This document shows positions 10,687 to 20,267 of a DNA stretch of 64,000 bases, piece by piece (the stretch's first letter is position 1; every line of letters begins with the position of its first letter). The DNA lies in the IMG/VR virus record IMGVR_UViG_3300028797_000101, positions 32,001 to 96,000 of that record; one strand, 5' to 3'. The notes beneath the pieces are model-generated. The model worked only from the letters and a program-made list of their open reading frames with translations, did no database searches and was not told the DNA's origin. Both the position numbers and the translations under genes were made by a program. The stretch is from a virus. Taxonomy: Duplodnaviria; Caudoviricetes.

Positions 10687-10702
10687 CTGATGGAGGCACA
10701 AT

Positions 10703-11002
10703 ATGGATAGTTATACAATCAATGAACCAATTGTATATGAAGAACGCGAGACACATGTAGAGAAGAAATACATCCCAGTCAAGCAGGGTCCGGCAACACC
10801 TGCTGATGCAGAAGCCCTTGCGAAAGACGAACTAGGACTCACAAATCCTAATCTACATCGCAGAATAGATCCACAACCTCCCACTAATCCCGAAGAGTAC
10901 ACTAGCAGAGAATACATGCTCAGTATATCAAATCTTCAGTCTTACAGAACTACCAAAATAAATACGCATGACGAAGAATCTGTTACGTCAGAGATTCCAT
11001 AG
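10703..11002 (+). CDS. Hypothetical protein
   Basis: ORF with GGAGG SD. Confidence 0.6.
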   Translation: MDSYTINEPIVYEERETHVEKKYIPVKQGPATPADAEALAKDELGLTNPNLHRRIDPQPPTNPEEYTSREYMLSISNLQSYRTTKINTHDEESVTSEIP

Positions 11003-11073
11003 AACGATTTTATAATTACTCGTATAAAATCATATAATTGTTTATAAAATCTAGTTGATAGGAGATAACACCA

Positions 11074-11955
11074 TTGAAGGATATAGTATCCGCATCGAAA
11101 TCAATAGGATTACAACAAAATGTACTTATAAGGATAATAGATCCGGTAACAGGCGATGTAGTTCAAGAGCATCAGGGTCATAACTGTGCGACCAATTCTG
11201 CACTTGTCGGTATTGGACATTATCTTACAGGTGATGGAGTCTTTAATCAGGGCTATGATATGTTGAGTAGATACATTCCTCAGTACATATCTTTAGGTAC
11301 AATGGGTCTTTACACTCAGGAAGAAGATGCTGAAGGACTTCCGTCAGGTATTGGAGTAAACACAACTCTTTCAGAAGTTGATAATTTCAAAAGATATGTA
11401 GCCGAAAGACCTGGATACGGAGCTGACGGGTATGATCCTAATCAGAACAACAATCGTCCGTATTTAGGAATTGGCCCGGTGTTTTCAGATAGACCAGATA
11501 GCACAAAGACCGTAAATTGTGAATTGATCGATGTATCGTTTCCCAGGGCTAAGGTATCTTTCAGAGATATTGTACCGGAGACACAATCGGAAGTTCCCAA
11601 GACGATTGATGTCGTGTTTAGTGCAATGATATCAACAGGAGCTTTAAGAACATTTCGTGAAACTGGGAAAGATTACATATTTATAACTGAAGCAGGTCTT
11701 TGGTCTAAACCTGTTTGGGAGTCAAGTGGAGAGAATGGTTTAATTGCAGCTTATAGAATACTTCCTACAGATGAGGATAACTGGGACATGGAAGATCCTG
11801 AAAACAGAGATCTTCTCAAGAGAAGCATACTAAAAGTAGGGCTGAATCAAGTAGTTCAAGTTATTTGGAAGTTTCAGCTAGGCAGCAAAGATGAACTCGG
11901 TGGATATGATCCAATTCCTATACATTATGAAAATGCAGACATAGTTAGGTACTAG
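11074..11955 (+). CDS. Baseplate/tail-fibre attachment protein
   Basis: TTG start with AGGAG SD; YISLGT and ITEAGLW motifs typical of tail-collar/fibre-anchor proteins. Confidence 0.5.
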   Translation: MKDIVSASKSIGLQQNVLIRIIDPVTGDVVQEHQGHNCATNSALVGIGHYLTGDGVFNQGYDMLSRYIPQYISLGTMGLYTQEEDAEGLPSGIGVNTTLSEVDNFKRYVAERPGYGADGYDPNQNNNRPYLGIGPVFSDRPDSTKTVNCELIDVSFPRAKVSFRDIVPETQSEVPKTIDVVFSAMISTGALRTFRETGKDYIFITEAGLWSKPVWESSGENGLIAAYRILPTDEDNWDMEDPENRDLLKRSILKVGLNQVVQVIWKFQLGSKDELGGYDPIPIHYENADIVRY

Positions 11956-11966
11956 GAGGAACACAT

Positions 11967-12308
11967 ATGAATTCAACATTGTTATTTACACCTGCAGCGC
12001 TCATGGATCTGTTAACACAGATTGAAGAGCTCAAGGACAAAGAGATCGAGATAAATGAAAGTTCAGATGGATCTATTTCCTTGAAAATAGGTGAGTCTAC
12101 TTACAACATAGATTCATCTGATGCAACTGAACTTGCAGCTGATGAAGATACGGTAGATGCTGTAGATGAAATAAATATGGAAGCATATGAAGAGGTGCAG
12201 GACAAATCAGATGCAGATGAACCTGTTACGTCTGGAATTCTTAAAGAGATGGTTAAATCACTCATGCTTGGCGGCATGATTCGGCTTTCTAAAAAATTAT
12301 TAGATTAA
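11967..12308 (+). CDS. Acidic head-associated hypothetical protein
   Basis: SD present; directly upstream of the prohead protease. Confidence 0.5.
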   Translation: MNSTLLFTPAALMDLLTQIEELKDKEIEINESSDGSISLKIGESTYNIDSSDATELAADEDTVDAVDEINMEAYEEVQDKSDADEPVTSGILKEMVKSLMLGGMIRLSKKLLD

Positions 12309-12320
12309 GGAGTGATAGAG

Positions 12321-13724
12321 ATGAAAGATTCAAAGATCAAAGCAGATGTAGCTCTCAATGCGAAGCCTCTTGCTATCTTAGGCGAGTACGCAGGTGAATG
12401 TGCAGATGCAAATATCACTAACAAGAATGGTCTTGATATCACAAGGCCTGTGTGGGAAGGTGTATTTGCATCGGAGGAGTACAACGAAGGCATCAAAAAT
12501 GGTCATTACATCGGGTTCCTCGGACATCCTGAAGATCCAAACTGCATGGATTTCGAGCATGGATGTATTGTGATGACAGAAGGTCACATTGATCCAGATG
12601 GAAAGGTTCAAGGCAAATTCAACCTTGTTAACACGCCTGTAGGTCAGATTGTAAAAACTTTTATAGACGCAGGAGTTAAATTCGGCATATCTGTTAGAGG
12701 TGCTGGTGACATTGTAGACAATTCCGTAGATCCTGATACGTTTGTATTCAGAGGATTTGACCTTGTAGCGTTTCCTGCATATCCTAACTCCATTCCTACT
12801 TTCACAGAGATAGCCGCGTCTACAGACGCTGTTCAGCAAAAGAAATATCAAGCGGTTTGTGCTGCGGTAACAAAAAACTTAGATACACTTAACAAGACTG
12901 AGGTAGATGTTATCCAGGCTAATTTCGCAAAGCAGTCCAAGGAATATGCTGCACTTGAAACCAGAAAGAAAGTTTTAGCGGGTGAGCAAGTAGAAGTAAC
13001 ATCAGAGGCTGCAGAAGCTGTAGTTGCTTCTCAAAAGCTCGACGCTGTAACAGCTCTTTATCTAGAAGCACAGAAAAAGAATAAAGTTTTGCAGTCTGAA
13101 AACATCCATCTTCGTCAGCTACTGAAGACAATAAAATCTGCAGATAGCAGAAAGATCGACAGCTTGAATCGCATAACAGCTGCTCAAATGAGAGACATGG
13201 ATCAAGCTCTTGCAGATGCAGCTAGTAGAACAAAGAAAGCTGTACTGAGCAATCATTCTTTATCCAAAGATCTAGCAGACGTGACAAAGCGTCTTAAGTC
13301 TGCTGAAGATACTAACCTTAAATATAGTCAGAAGATCGAAGCCAACACTCAAATTATTCTGGAAAAGGATTCTATCATTTCTAAGCTTCAATCAAACTTA
13401 TCTGAAACTGTCAGAAAGGCCAATGATGCAGAAGCTAAGACATCAAACTGTGATGCACAGATAGCGAGCCTTCAACGAAAGATCGAGGCTGCACAAGCTC
13501 TCGTAGATGAGTATCAGAACGCATATGCACAGATTTATGCAAATGCAATTGGTGTAGGTCTAGAACACGTTTCTGTAACAGCAACAACGACTGTTTCAGA
13601 ACTCCAACAGATCATAAAGGGATCCTCCAAGTACACTTCTGGAGCGCAAGAAGCTGTTTTAGCTTCGGCACAAATCTCCGAAATAGGTACAGACATGGAT
13701 GACTCTTCCCTCATCACGTTGTAA
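12321..13724 (+). CDS. Prohead protease (T4 gp21-like) fused to a coiled-coil scaffold
   Basis: GFLGHP, FGISVRGAG and FDLVAFPAY protease motifs; long heptad-rich C-terminus; precedes the capsid gene. Confidence 0.85.
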   Translation: MKDSKIKADVALNAKPLAILGEYAGECADANITNKNGLDITRPVWEGVFASEEYNEGIKNGHYIGFLGHPEDPNCMDFEHGCIVMTEGHIDPDGKVQGKFNLVNTPVGQIVKTFIDAGVKFGISVRGAGDIVDNSVDPDTFVFRGFDLVAFPAYPNSIPTFTEIAASTDAVQQKKYQAVCAAVTKNLDTLNKTEVDVIQANFAKQSKEYAALETRKKVLAGEQVEVTSEAAEAVVASQKLDAVTALYLEAQKKNKVLQSENIHLRQLLKTIKSADSRKIDSLNRITAAQMRDMDQALADAASRTKKAVLSNHSLSKDLADVTKRLKSAEDTNLKYSQKIEANTQIILEKDSIISKLQSNLSETVRKANDAEAKTSNCDAQIASLQRKIEAAQALVDEYQNAYAQIYANAIGVGLEHVSVTATTTVSELQQIIKGSSKYTSGAQEAVLASAQISEIGTDMDDSSLITL

Positions 13725-13750
13725 ATAATATATAAAGGAGAAAACGTATT

Positions 13751-15277
13751 ATGAGTATCACGAAAACTATTCATCCCTCTAGCAGACGTCCTGTTGCAAG
13801 CAACAGCCGCCCTGTTATGGCTAGTTCCAATGTTGGTGCTGCACGTCGTCCTGTAGCTCCTACCAATCGTCCTGCATCCGCTATTACAGCCGGTGTTCGT
13901 ACTCGTCAGCAGAGCCCTATTTCGGCTGCTATTTCTAAGCTGTCTCCTGAGAAGCAGATCTTCGCTCGTCAGCTGCAGGCAAATATGAATCGTCAGGCAC
14001 GTACCATCACTGCTGCTACCAACACGACCAACATCATGGCTCGCCCGGATTTCATGGAGCTGCTGCCTATGTTCGTTCAGAAGCTGCTTATCCTGGACGT
14101 TTATGGTTCCGTAGCAATGAAGTCCCGTCAGCAGTTGATTCCTTACTTCAAGTTCATCGCTGAGAACACTAAGGGTGAGACGAAGGCCGGTGACATCCTC
14201 TCCAGTCCTTTCGTAAATCGTCAGGGTGTTGATCCTAACTTCACCAGCAAGACCATCAAGAATGAGGTAATTGCTGAAGGCACCGATATCACCGACAACT
14301 TGACCGTTGTTTACACTCCTGTACTTCCTGGTTCCGTAACCATCAAGTATGTAGCTTCCGGCGTTACTACCGCACTTGTTGATGACGGTAACGGCAACAT
14401 CGTTGAGGCAGGTTCTACTACTACCGCAGGTGTTATCAATTACAGCACCGGTTCCATCAGCTTCGTGAACGGTGTGCTTACTCCTGCAGCAGGCAACAGC
14501 GTTTCTGCAACTTATCAGTACGACAACGAGAACGTAGGTCCTAGAACTCCTGGCAATGGCGGTTATGGTTACGAGTACGGCGCACAGATGGCTAAGGGCT
14601 ACTTGCAGCTGGATGAGATCAACATGGTAGCTGAAGCTCACGAGCTTGCTTGCTACTGGAGCATCTTCTCCGCATTCGCAGCACAGCAAGAGTACGGCTC
14701 CAACGTAGGCGACATCGCGAAGGAAGCTGCTTTCTCTGAACTCACTGCTGAAATCAACACCGATGGCTTCCAGCGTCTGCTCCAGGCTGCATCCTACAAG
14801 CCTCAGTTCAACTGGGATGCATCTCCTGTACTTACCGGTTCTGTTGTTCCTTCCGATTACCTGAACATGTTCAAGCTTAAGCTCACTCAGGCAGCTGCTT
14901 CCATTTATCAGGCAACCAGATTAACGCAGCCTAACAAGCTGATCGTTGGTTCCAACGTAGCTTCTTACATCAGCATGATCAACGGATTTGTTGCACAGGG
15001 CGCAGCAGAGAACGTAGGTCCTTACAAGGCAGGTAAGCTGGATCAGTTCGACATCTATGTAGATCCTAACTACAATCCGGATACTTGGGTAATGGCTTGC
15101 AAGTCTAACGACATCAGACGTAATACCGCTCTCTTCGGCGAGTACATGCCTCTGACGAGTACCGATGCGGTAGGTTTGGCCAATAGCTCGGTACAGCAGG
15201 GTTACGCTACGATGTATGGTATGAAGATCGTAAATCCTGACACCGTTGTATCCGGTAAGATTCTCGGCACATTCTAA
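13751..15277 (+). CDS. Major capsid protein (T4 gp23-like) with basic propeptide
   Basis: gp23-like motifs (FSELTAEIN, GKLDQFDIYVDP, GEYMPL, QGYATMYG); strong codon bias; position after the protease. Confidence 0.9.
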   Translation: MSITKTIHPSSRRPVASNSRPVMASSNVGAARRPVAPTNRPASAITAGVRTRQQSPISAAISKLSPEKQIFARQLQANMNRQARTITAATNTTNIMARPDFMELLPMFVQKLLILDVYGSVAMKSRQQLIPYFKFIAENTKGETKAGDILSSPFVNRQGVDPNFTSKTIKNEVIAEGTDITDNLTVVYTPVLPGSVTIKYVASGVTTALVDDGNGNIVEAGSTTTAGVINYSTGSISFVNGVLTPAAGNSVSATYQYDNENVGPRTPGNGGYGYEYGAQMAKGYLQLDEINMVAEAHELACYWSIFSAFAAQQEYGSNVGDIAKEAAFSELTAEINTDGFQRLLQAASYKPQFNWDASPVLTGSVVPSDYLNMFKLKLTQAAASIYQATRLTQPNKLIVGSNVASYISMINGFVAQGAAENVGPYKAGKLDQFDIYVDPNYNPDTWVMACKSNDIRRNTALFGEYMPLTSTDAVGLANSSVQQGYATMYGMKIVNPDTVVSGKILGTF

Positions 15278-15336
15278 GCAGCTTAACATTCTGAAGATGA
15301 ACTCTCACCCTCTTCAAAAAGAAAGATAACCAATTC

Positions 15337-15369
15337 AGCCCGCGACTTCAAGAGTTGCGGGCTTTCTTT
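15337..15369 (+). terminator. Rho-independent terminator after the capsid gene
   Basis: AGCCCGCGACT/AGTTGCGGGCT stem followed by TTCTTT. Confidence 0.85.
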
Positions 15370-15460
15370 GTGTATAATCATAGGCAAATATCTCACCTTA
15401 TATAACACTGGTACATAAATAAACTATGTATACATTATAGATAAATTGGCGAGGTACATC

Positions 15461-15805
15461 ATGGATTTCACACAGGTTTCTGTAATTTTAGCTCTTCTCC
15501 TTTCCATATTCAATCTTTGGGACAAAATTGAAACGCGAGTAAGACAAGCAAAAGAGCCGACGAAGCAGCTTGAAAATCGGCTAGCTACTATTGAGAAAGT
15601 ATTAAACGAAGATTATGCTCAGAAGTTCAAGACCTATGACGCACACTTTGACAATGATCTGAGAAGAATCGAAGAAATTGAAAAAGGGAACAGAGTAACA
15701 CAACAAGCGATCCTTGCATTACTCAAACACGCAATAGACGGAAATGATGTATCCGCGCTTAAAGAAGCAAGTGATGCTTTAACAAAGTACTTGATAAACA
15801 GATAA
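15461..15805 (+). CDS. Holin-like single-TM coiled-coil protein
   Basis: N-terminal hydrophobic helix, then a coiled coil; late-type motif at 15394. Confidence 0.45.
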   Translation: MDFTQVSVILALLLSIFNLWDKIETRVRQAKEPTKQLENRLATIEKVLNEDYAQKFKTYDAHFDNDLRRIEEIEKGNRVTQQAILALLKHAIDGNDVSALKEASDALTKYLINR

Positions 15806-15856
15806 ACTTTACTTAGAACCTTATATATTTCCAGGTTAGAACTTCACAGAAATTCA

Positions 15857-16090
15857 ATGGAGGTACAACAAATGAATGCCAAATTGATTCAAAACATGAT
15901 AGACGCACTTGACGAAGCGTCTTCTAAGATCTTCAAGGCCTACAAAGCTCTTGAGGTGGCTAAGGACAGTGGAATACATGTGAATCTTGCAGCACAGAAA
16001 AAGGAACTTGTGAATTTGTGCGACCAGCTTGATGAGTTATCTATGTATTACGGACGTGAGCTGGAAAACAGACAAAACGGAGAGCAATAA
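15857..16090 (+). CDS. Hypothetical helical protein
   Basis: ORF after the late-type motif at 15817. Confidence 0.55.
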   Translation: MEVQQMNAKLIQNMIDALDEASSKIFKAYKALEVAKDSGIHVNLAAQKKELVNLCDQLDELSMYYGRELENRQNGEQ

Positions 16091-16220
16091 AGCAGCTACA
16101 GTTAATTCAAGCACTAAAGGTAACCTTATATGTATATAGGAGGGTGAGAGCTCCAGAAAAAGCTGCTGCATAAACGGTTATCTTTTGTTCTAGATCAATT
16201 AAATTAGGAGGATAATTCTT

Positions 16221-16877
16221 ATGTCAGTTACTATCAAGATCGTATATGGCGGTCCTATTGTTGATGTAACACGCCAGGGTCAGAGTATCGCAAGATATTT
16301 CGAGCCTACTAATTCGTATGTTGACACTCCTGTATTCACAGACGGTCACGGCGCGGATTATGGCAAGTCTATCTACGCAACCAACGTTGAAGGTTGGGGC
16401 AAGCTTGATGGTCTGAAGCCTATGGCTTCTACTCCTGTTAAGTTTGCAGAGTACGAGCAGGCGATCATCGCTGCTGCAAATACTGCTGAAGGTGCAGTGA
16501 ACGCAGGTGTAACGTTTGAGGTTGATGGCTACACCGAAGAGCTGTATTGGAACCAGATGGCACCTAACATGGTTTCTCAGGGCTTCTACACCAAGGTTGG
16601 CGACAAGGAGTACGGCGTACTTCCCGAGAACGGCGCACCTTATGTAAAGCTTGACAAGACGTCCGCATCTATCGCAGTAGCAGGTACTGTTACGCTTGTT
16701 GCAACTACGCTTCCCGCAGATGCTTCTGTTACCTGGACTTCTAGCGCAGAAGGTAAGGCTGAGGTTACTGATGGTGTTGTTACCGGTGTTGCAGCTGGTG
16801 ATGCTGTTATCACTGCAGCAATCACTCTTGGCAGCACAACCTACAGCGCAACTTGCGACGTTACGGTAACCGCGTAA
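16221..16877 (+). CDS. Virion protein with C-terminal Ig-like (Big_2) domain, probable capsid decoration protein
   Basis: LDKTSASI..VTWTSS..GVVTGVAAGDAVITA..CDVTV; capsid-like codon bias; late-type motif at 16122. Confidence 0.75.
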   Translation: MSVTIKIVYGGPIVDVTRQGQSIARYFEPTNSYVDTPVFTDGHGADYGKSIYATNVEGWGKLDGLKPMASTPVKFAEYEQAIIAAANTAEGAVNAGVTFEVDGYTEELYWNQMAPNMVSQGFYTKVGDKEYGVLPENGAPYVKLDKTSASIAVAGTVTLVATTLPADASVTWTSSAEGKAEVTDGVVTGVAAGDAVITAAITLGSTTYSATCDVTVTA

Positions 16878-16917
16878 ACAGCATCAATGAATATCTTGGA
16901 AGGAGGATCTAGTTCTT

Positions 16918-17628
16918 ATGACAATAGACGAAGTTGTCGATCAAGTAAGTTTTATGCTAGGTCTTCCTGCCAATGATAACGTAGAAGGATTGCAGCTCAA
17001 AAGAGCTGTACAGATTGCGTTTCAGGAATTGAAGCGCTACATGAAGACACCGGTAGATAAAACAGTACCGTTCGCAACGCGTATAAAACTATCCGATGTA
17101 GGAATCATAACAAAGAATGTGTTATATGTCCAAGCAGCGCAACCTAGGATAGGTTTAACAATGAGCTCTATAGATAGCGGAAATGTATTTCAAGTAGCTG
17201 CAGCAGTTAACACATACAGTGCAATAGGTAATACAAGTACTATCAACATTGACCCTATCATGACTGAGATGGCGATGGCGCAAGTAAGAAACACACTTAG
17301 CACCGACTTCCAGTGGAGATATGATAGCAACAATGATGTAGTGTATTGCACACATAGAGATCCAAGACCTTCACAGATTACTATTCGATATGTTCCGGAT
17401 TACCAGGATGTATCAGAAATCAAGAGTAACATGTGGATCAACTATCTTCTCAGATTAAGCGAAGCTAACATGAAGAAAGCATTAGGTCGTACAAGATCCA
17501 AATACACGATCGAAGGCTCAAATGTAACGTTTGACGGTGAGGTGCTTTTAACAGAAGCTAACGCAGAGCTAGAAGCTATCAGAGCAGAACTTGAAGGTCA
17601 CAGAAGTAAACTTGTGATACTAAACTAA
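16918..17628 (+). CDS. Neck/head-tail adaptor protein (gp13-like)
   Basis: LGRTRSKY..TFDGEVLLTEANAELEAI motif. Confidence 0.65.
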   Translation: MTIDEVVDQVSFMLGLPANDNVEGLQLKRAVQIAFQELKRYMKTPVDKTVPFATRIKLSDVGIITKNVLYVQAAQPRIGLTMSSIDSGNVFQVAAAVNTYSAIGNTSTINIDPIMTEMAMAQVRNTLSTDFQWRYDSNNDVVYCTHRDPRPSQITIRYVPDYQDVSEIKSNMWINYLLRLSEANMKKALGRTRSKYTIEGSNVTFDGEVLLTEANAELEAIRAELEGHRSKLVILN

Positions 17629-17655
17629 ATTTTATAGAAAAGGAGAATTTAACTC

Positions 17656-18096
17656 ATGCGCAATAATAGAAGACACTATCGCGTAGTTGCTGATGAACTC
17701 ATTGATGAGAATCTTGATCAGATCGACGCTATGCCAGATGATGTAGAAGATGTTGCAGATGATGCACAGGTTGACGTAGCACCTGAAGCTTCCGAGCTCT
17801 TGTTCGAAGCTGAAGATGTTGCAGAGCTGCTTGCAGAAGTAACCGGAGACGATGTAGAGGTAACCGTAGATGAGGATTCCGTTAAGTTTACAGTTGGCGA
17901 TGTAGATTACACCGTAGCTGCAGAAGGTGACGAGGAGATCCTTGAGAGTTCTCGCATCTACAACAAGAAGAGTATCAAGGCGTCTGTTCGCAGACCCGTA
18001 AAGTCCTCTACTCAGGCAGCGCCTAAGCGTGCTGTTGCAAGACCTGCTGCTCCCGCACAGAAGCCTGTTCGTAGAGTATCTCGCACAACTCGCTAA
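17656..18096 (+). CDS. Acidic core/scaffold-like head protein with basic tail
   Basis: Acidic centre; the C-terminal RRPV/ARPA tract resembles the capsid propeptide; several [IV]x[AS][SD] motifs. Confidence 0.55.
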   Translation: MRNNRRHYRVVADELIDENLDQIDAMPDDVEDVADDAQVDVAPEASELLFEAEDVAELLAEVTGDDVEVTVDEDSVKFTVGDVDYTVAAEGDEEILESSRIYNKKSIKASVRRPVKSSTQAAPKRAVARPAAPAQKPVRRVSRTTR

Positions 18097-18112
18097 ATAA
18101 CAGCGTAAGAAA

Positions 18113-18168
18113 AAAACGCATGGTTGCATGATTGGACATTTCACACATGCAATCATGCGTATTTTACT
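18113..18168 (+). terminator. Terminator hairpin
   Basis: ACGCATGGTTGCATG/CATGCAATCATGCGT followed by ATTTT. Confidence 0.7.
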
Positions 18169-18190
18169 TTCATGACGAGGTGAAATAAAA

Positions 18191-19249
18191 ATGAGTCTGA
18201 TGGATAAGCTTTTTGGAAAACTGAAAGTGGCTATGTCTGAAGTTACAAATAATCTCATCGGAGATGGAGTAGACATCATAGACAAACATGTTTCTCAAAA
18301 TGGTGTATTTAATTGGGTCATTCGTCTTCAATCTATGGAGAACAAGAATGAGTACAAAGACATTCAGGTGACGGTGGTTCCTGTTGAAGACAAGCCTGGA
18401 TATGTTGACCTAGAGTTCGTGTCAAATGATGGAAAATCAGAATCGTATCTAGATGTTGCTGCAAAAGACATTGAGTACTACTGCAGAGAAGTAGGTAAAG
18501 ATATGTATGGTTTTGAAACTAAATTCTCTTCGACGTTTACAGATTCCGAATCAGCAAAACTAGAGAAGAAGCGTCAAAGAGCTGCAAAACTTGAAGCCCA
18601 GCGTCAGAAAGATGCACAGAGAAATGTAAATAGCGCCAAAGTTATACATGTTACGTGCAGTAAGATAGAGGGAAGTGAAGACATTGAGATCATTCCATCT
18701 GCTTCGTCTTATTCTCTTTGGGAGGCATCAAAAGATCTCAATCTTGCATTAGATGGTGGTGTATTTGATGGCGCTGCTGCAGATAAGTGTTATGCGCTTA
18801 CAGTAGACCCTGAAAGCTTCACTATTGGCGAAGTATGCGAAGATGACACCACGCTGAAGTATCAAACACTTCAAAATATTATCTCCCAGTTGTCTACTAT
18901 TGCAAGACAACTGCATTACATAAGCAACTTTTCGGAGAAGTCATCCTCTAGCCCAAAGTTACGAGATACATCTAACCTGTTCTGGTTGATAGATGAGCAG
19001 ATACGAACCATGTCACAGCTGTCTATTGAGCTTTATCATACAGTAGACTATCCAGAGTCAAGTAAAGACGAGATAATAACTGTTTCTGAAGTCGAAAGTG
19101 CATCTTGTATCGACAGAATTTCGATGGAAATAACTCGTCTGATTGAGTCTTATCAATTCATGTATTTTAGCTATCCAGAAGATATCAAAAATTTAGTAGA
19201 TCAATACATCAGAAGCTTGAACCGGACGGTAAACTTTATTTTACAATAG
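18191..19249 (+). CDS. Hypothetical multi-domain protein
   Basis: Long ORF with GAGGTG SD. Confidence 0.6.
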   Translation: MSLMDKLFGKLKVAMSEVTNNLIGDGVDIIDKHVSQNGVFNWVIRLQSMENKNEYKDIQVTVVPVEDKPGYVDLEFVSNDGKSESYLDVAAKDIEYYCREVGKDMYGFETKFSSTFTDSESAKLEKKRQRAAKLEAQRQKDAQRNVNSAKVIHVTCSKIEGSEDIEIIPSASSYSLWEASKDLNLALDGGVFDGAAADKCYALTVDPESFTIGEVCEDDTTLKYQTLQNIISQLSTIARQLHYISNFSEKSSSSPKLRDTSNLFWLIDEQIRTMSQLSIELYHTVDYPESSKDEIITVSEVESASCIDRISMEITRLIESYQFMYFSYPEDIKNLVDQYIRSLNRTVNFILQ

Positions 19250-19270
19250 CCAACTTCGTTATAGTTATAC

Positions 19271-19699
19271 ATGAAGAGCTATTGGACAAACAACAAATTG
19301 ATAGATACTTTAGCAGCTGCACTTGGAAACAGGTACGCTGCGATACAGTACATAATGAAATTCGCAAGGCATAAAGCGGATGAATGTGATAATGTGATAT
19401 TGCATTCCTCTGCTTTAGTTTGGATTGTTACAGGTTCTGTTCCAAAAGATCTAAAACTTCGTCTGAACATCAAAAAATATCGTCTATCCAAATCTCTCGA
19501 CACATTTCTTGAATACGTCACAGATGATGAAATCAAAGAAGCTGTGAAATACTCTGTAGCACAATCTGTTCAAGCTTTTAACCTTACATATGAATACAAC
19601 AATATACAGGAAGTTTCTAGGCAAGCACGAGTAAGAATACTTGTCAGAATAATACTAGAATCCCTTGATCAGGAGGTTATTTATCATGGAAGAAACTAA
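19271..19699 (+). CDS. Protein with RNA polymerase omega-like N-terminal domain
   Basis: IDTLAAALGNRYAAIQYIMKFAR..SALVWIVTG resembles the RpoZ consensus. Confidence 0.4.
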   Translation: MKSYWTNNKLIDTLAAALGNRYAAIQYIMKFARHKADECDNVILHSSALVWIVTGSVPKDLKLRLNIKKYRLSKSLDTFLEYVTDDEIKEAVKYSVAQSVQAFNLTYEYNNIQEVSRQARVRILVRIILESLDQEVIYHGRN

Positions 19700-20246
19700 A
19701 GTAGAAGTGAACGCAGTGGAAGAAAAACCTGCTAAGCGCACTTATAACAGACAGAAGAAAACAGAAACTGCAGTCAAGTCAGAAACTGCAGAGGTTACGA
19801 AGGACACCGAGTCTATTAAAGTTGAGGTTGCGGAAGAAAAGGCCGAAACTGAGGTTAAAGTAGCTAACGAAGCAAAACAAGAAGAAGTTAAGGCTGAGGA
19901 GAAGAAAGAGGAAATTAAGGTGGAGGAGCCGGTCGAGATTCCGGAAGAAGTTAAGGCTGAGGAGCCTGAGAAACCGGCAGAGACACTGGAAGAGGTTAAG
20001 GCCGTACTGTCTATCGAAAAACCTGAAATCGGCTCAGATGAACCAGATCTCAAAGCTTCTTATGTAATAAGAAAGCCTGTTATGATTTATTTCGTTCCTC
20101 GGGTTTCTGAACGCTACAAGATGTTTGTAGGAGTAGTTCGAGTTCTTGATAAAGTAGATGACAAGTTCGTCAAGATCGCTTATAGAGATAGCGGAACAGG
20201 GAAGGACATAACTGCATATGTATTAACTTCATCTCTCCCGCAGTAA
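19686..20246 (+). CDS. Glu/Lys-rich protein with small C-terminal beta domain
   Basis: AGGAGG SD; late-type motif at 19580. Confidence 0.55.
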   Translation: MEETKVEVNAVEEKPAKRTYNRQKKTETAVKSETAEVTKDTESIKVEVAEEKAETEVKVANEAKQEEVKAEEKKEEIKVEEPVEIPEEVKAEEPEKPAETLEEVKAVLSIEKPEIGSDEPDLKASYVIRKPVMIYFVPRVSERYKMFVGVVRVLDKVDDKFVKIAYRDSGTGKDITAYVLTSSLPQ

Positions 20247-20267
20247 CAAAAGGAGGGCAACTAAAAT

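Noticed and set aside
13535-14689. 384-aa minus-strand ORF opposite the capsid gene
   Set aside because: Antisense shadow of a strongly codon-biased gene; no SD or recognisable motifs.
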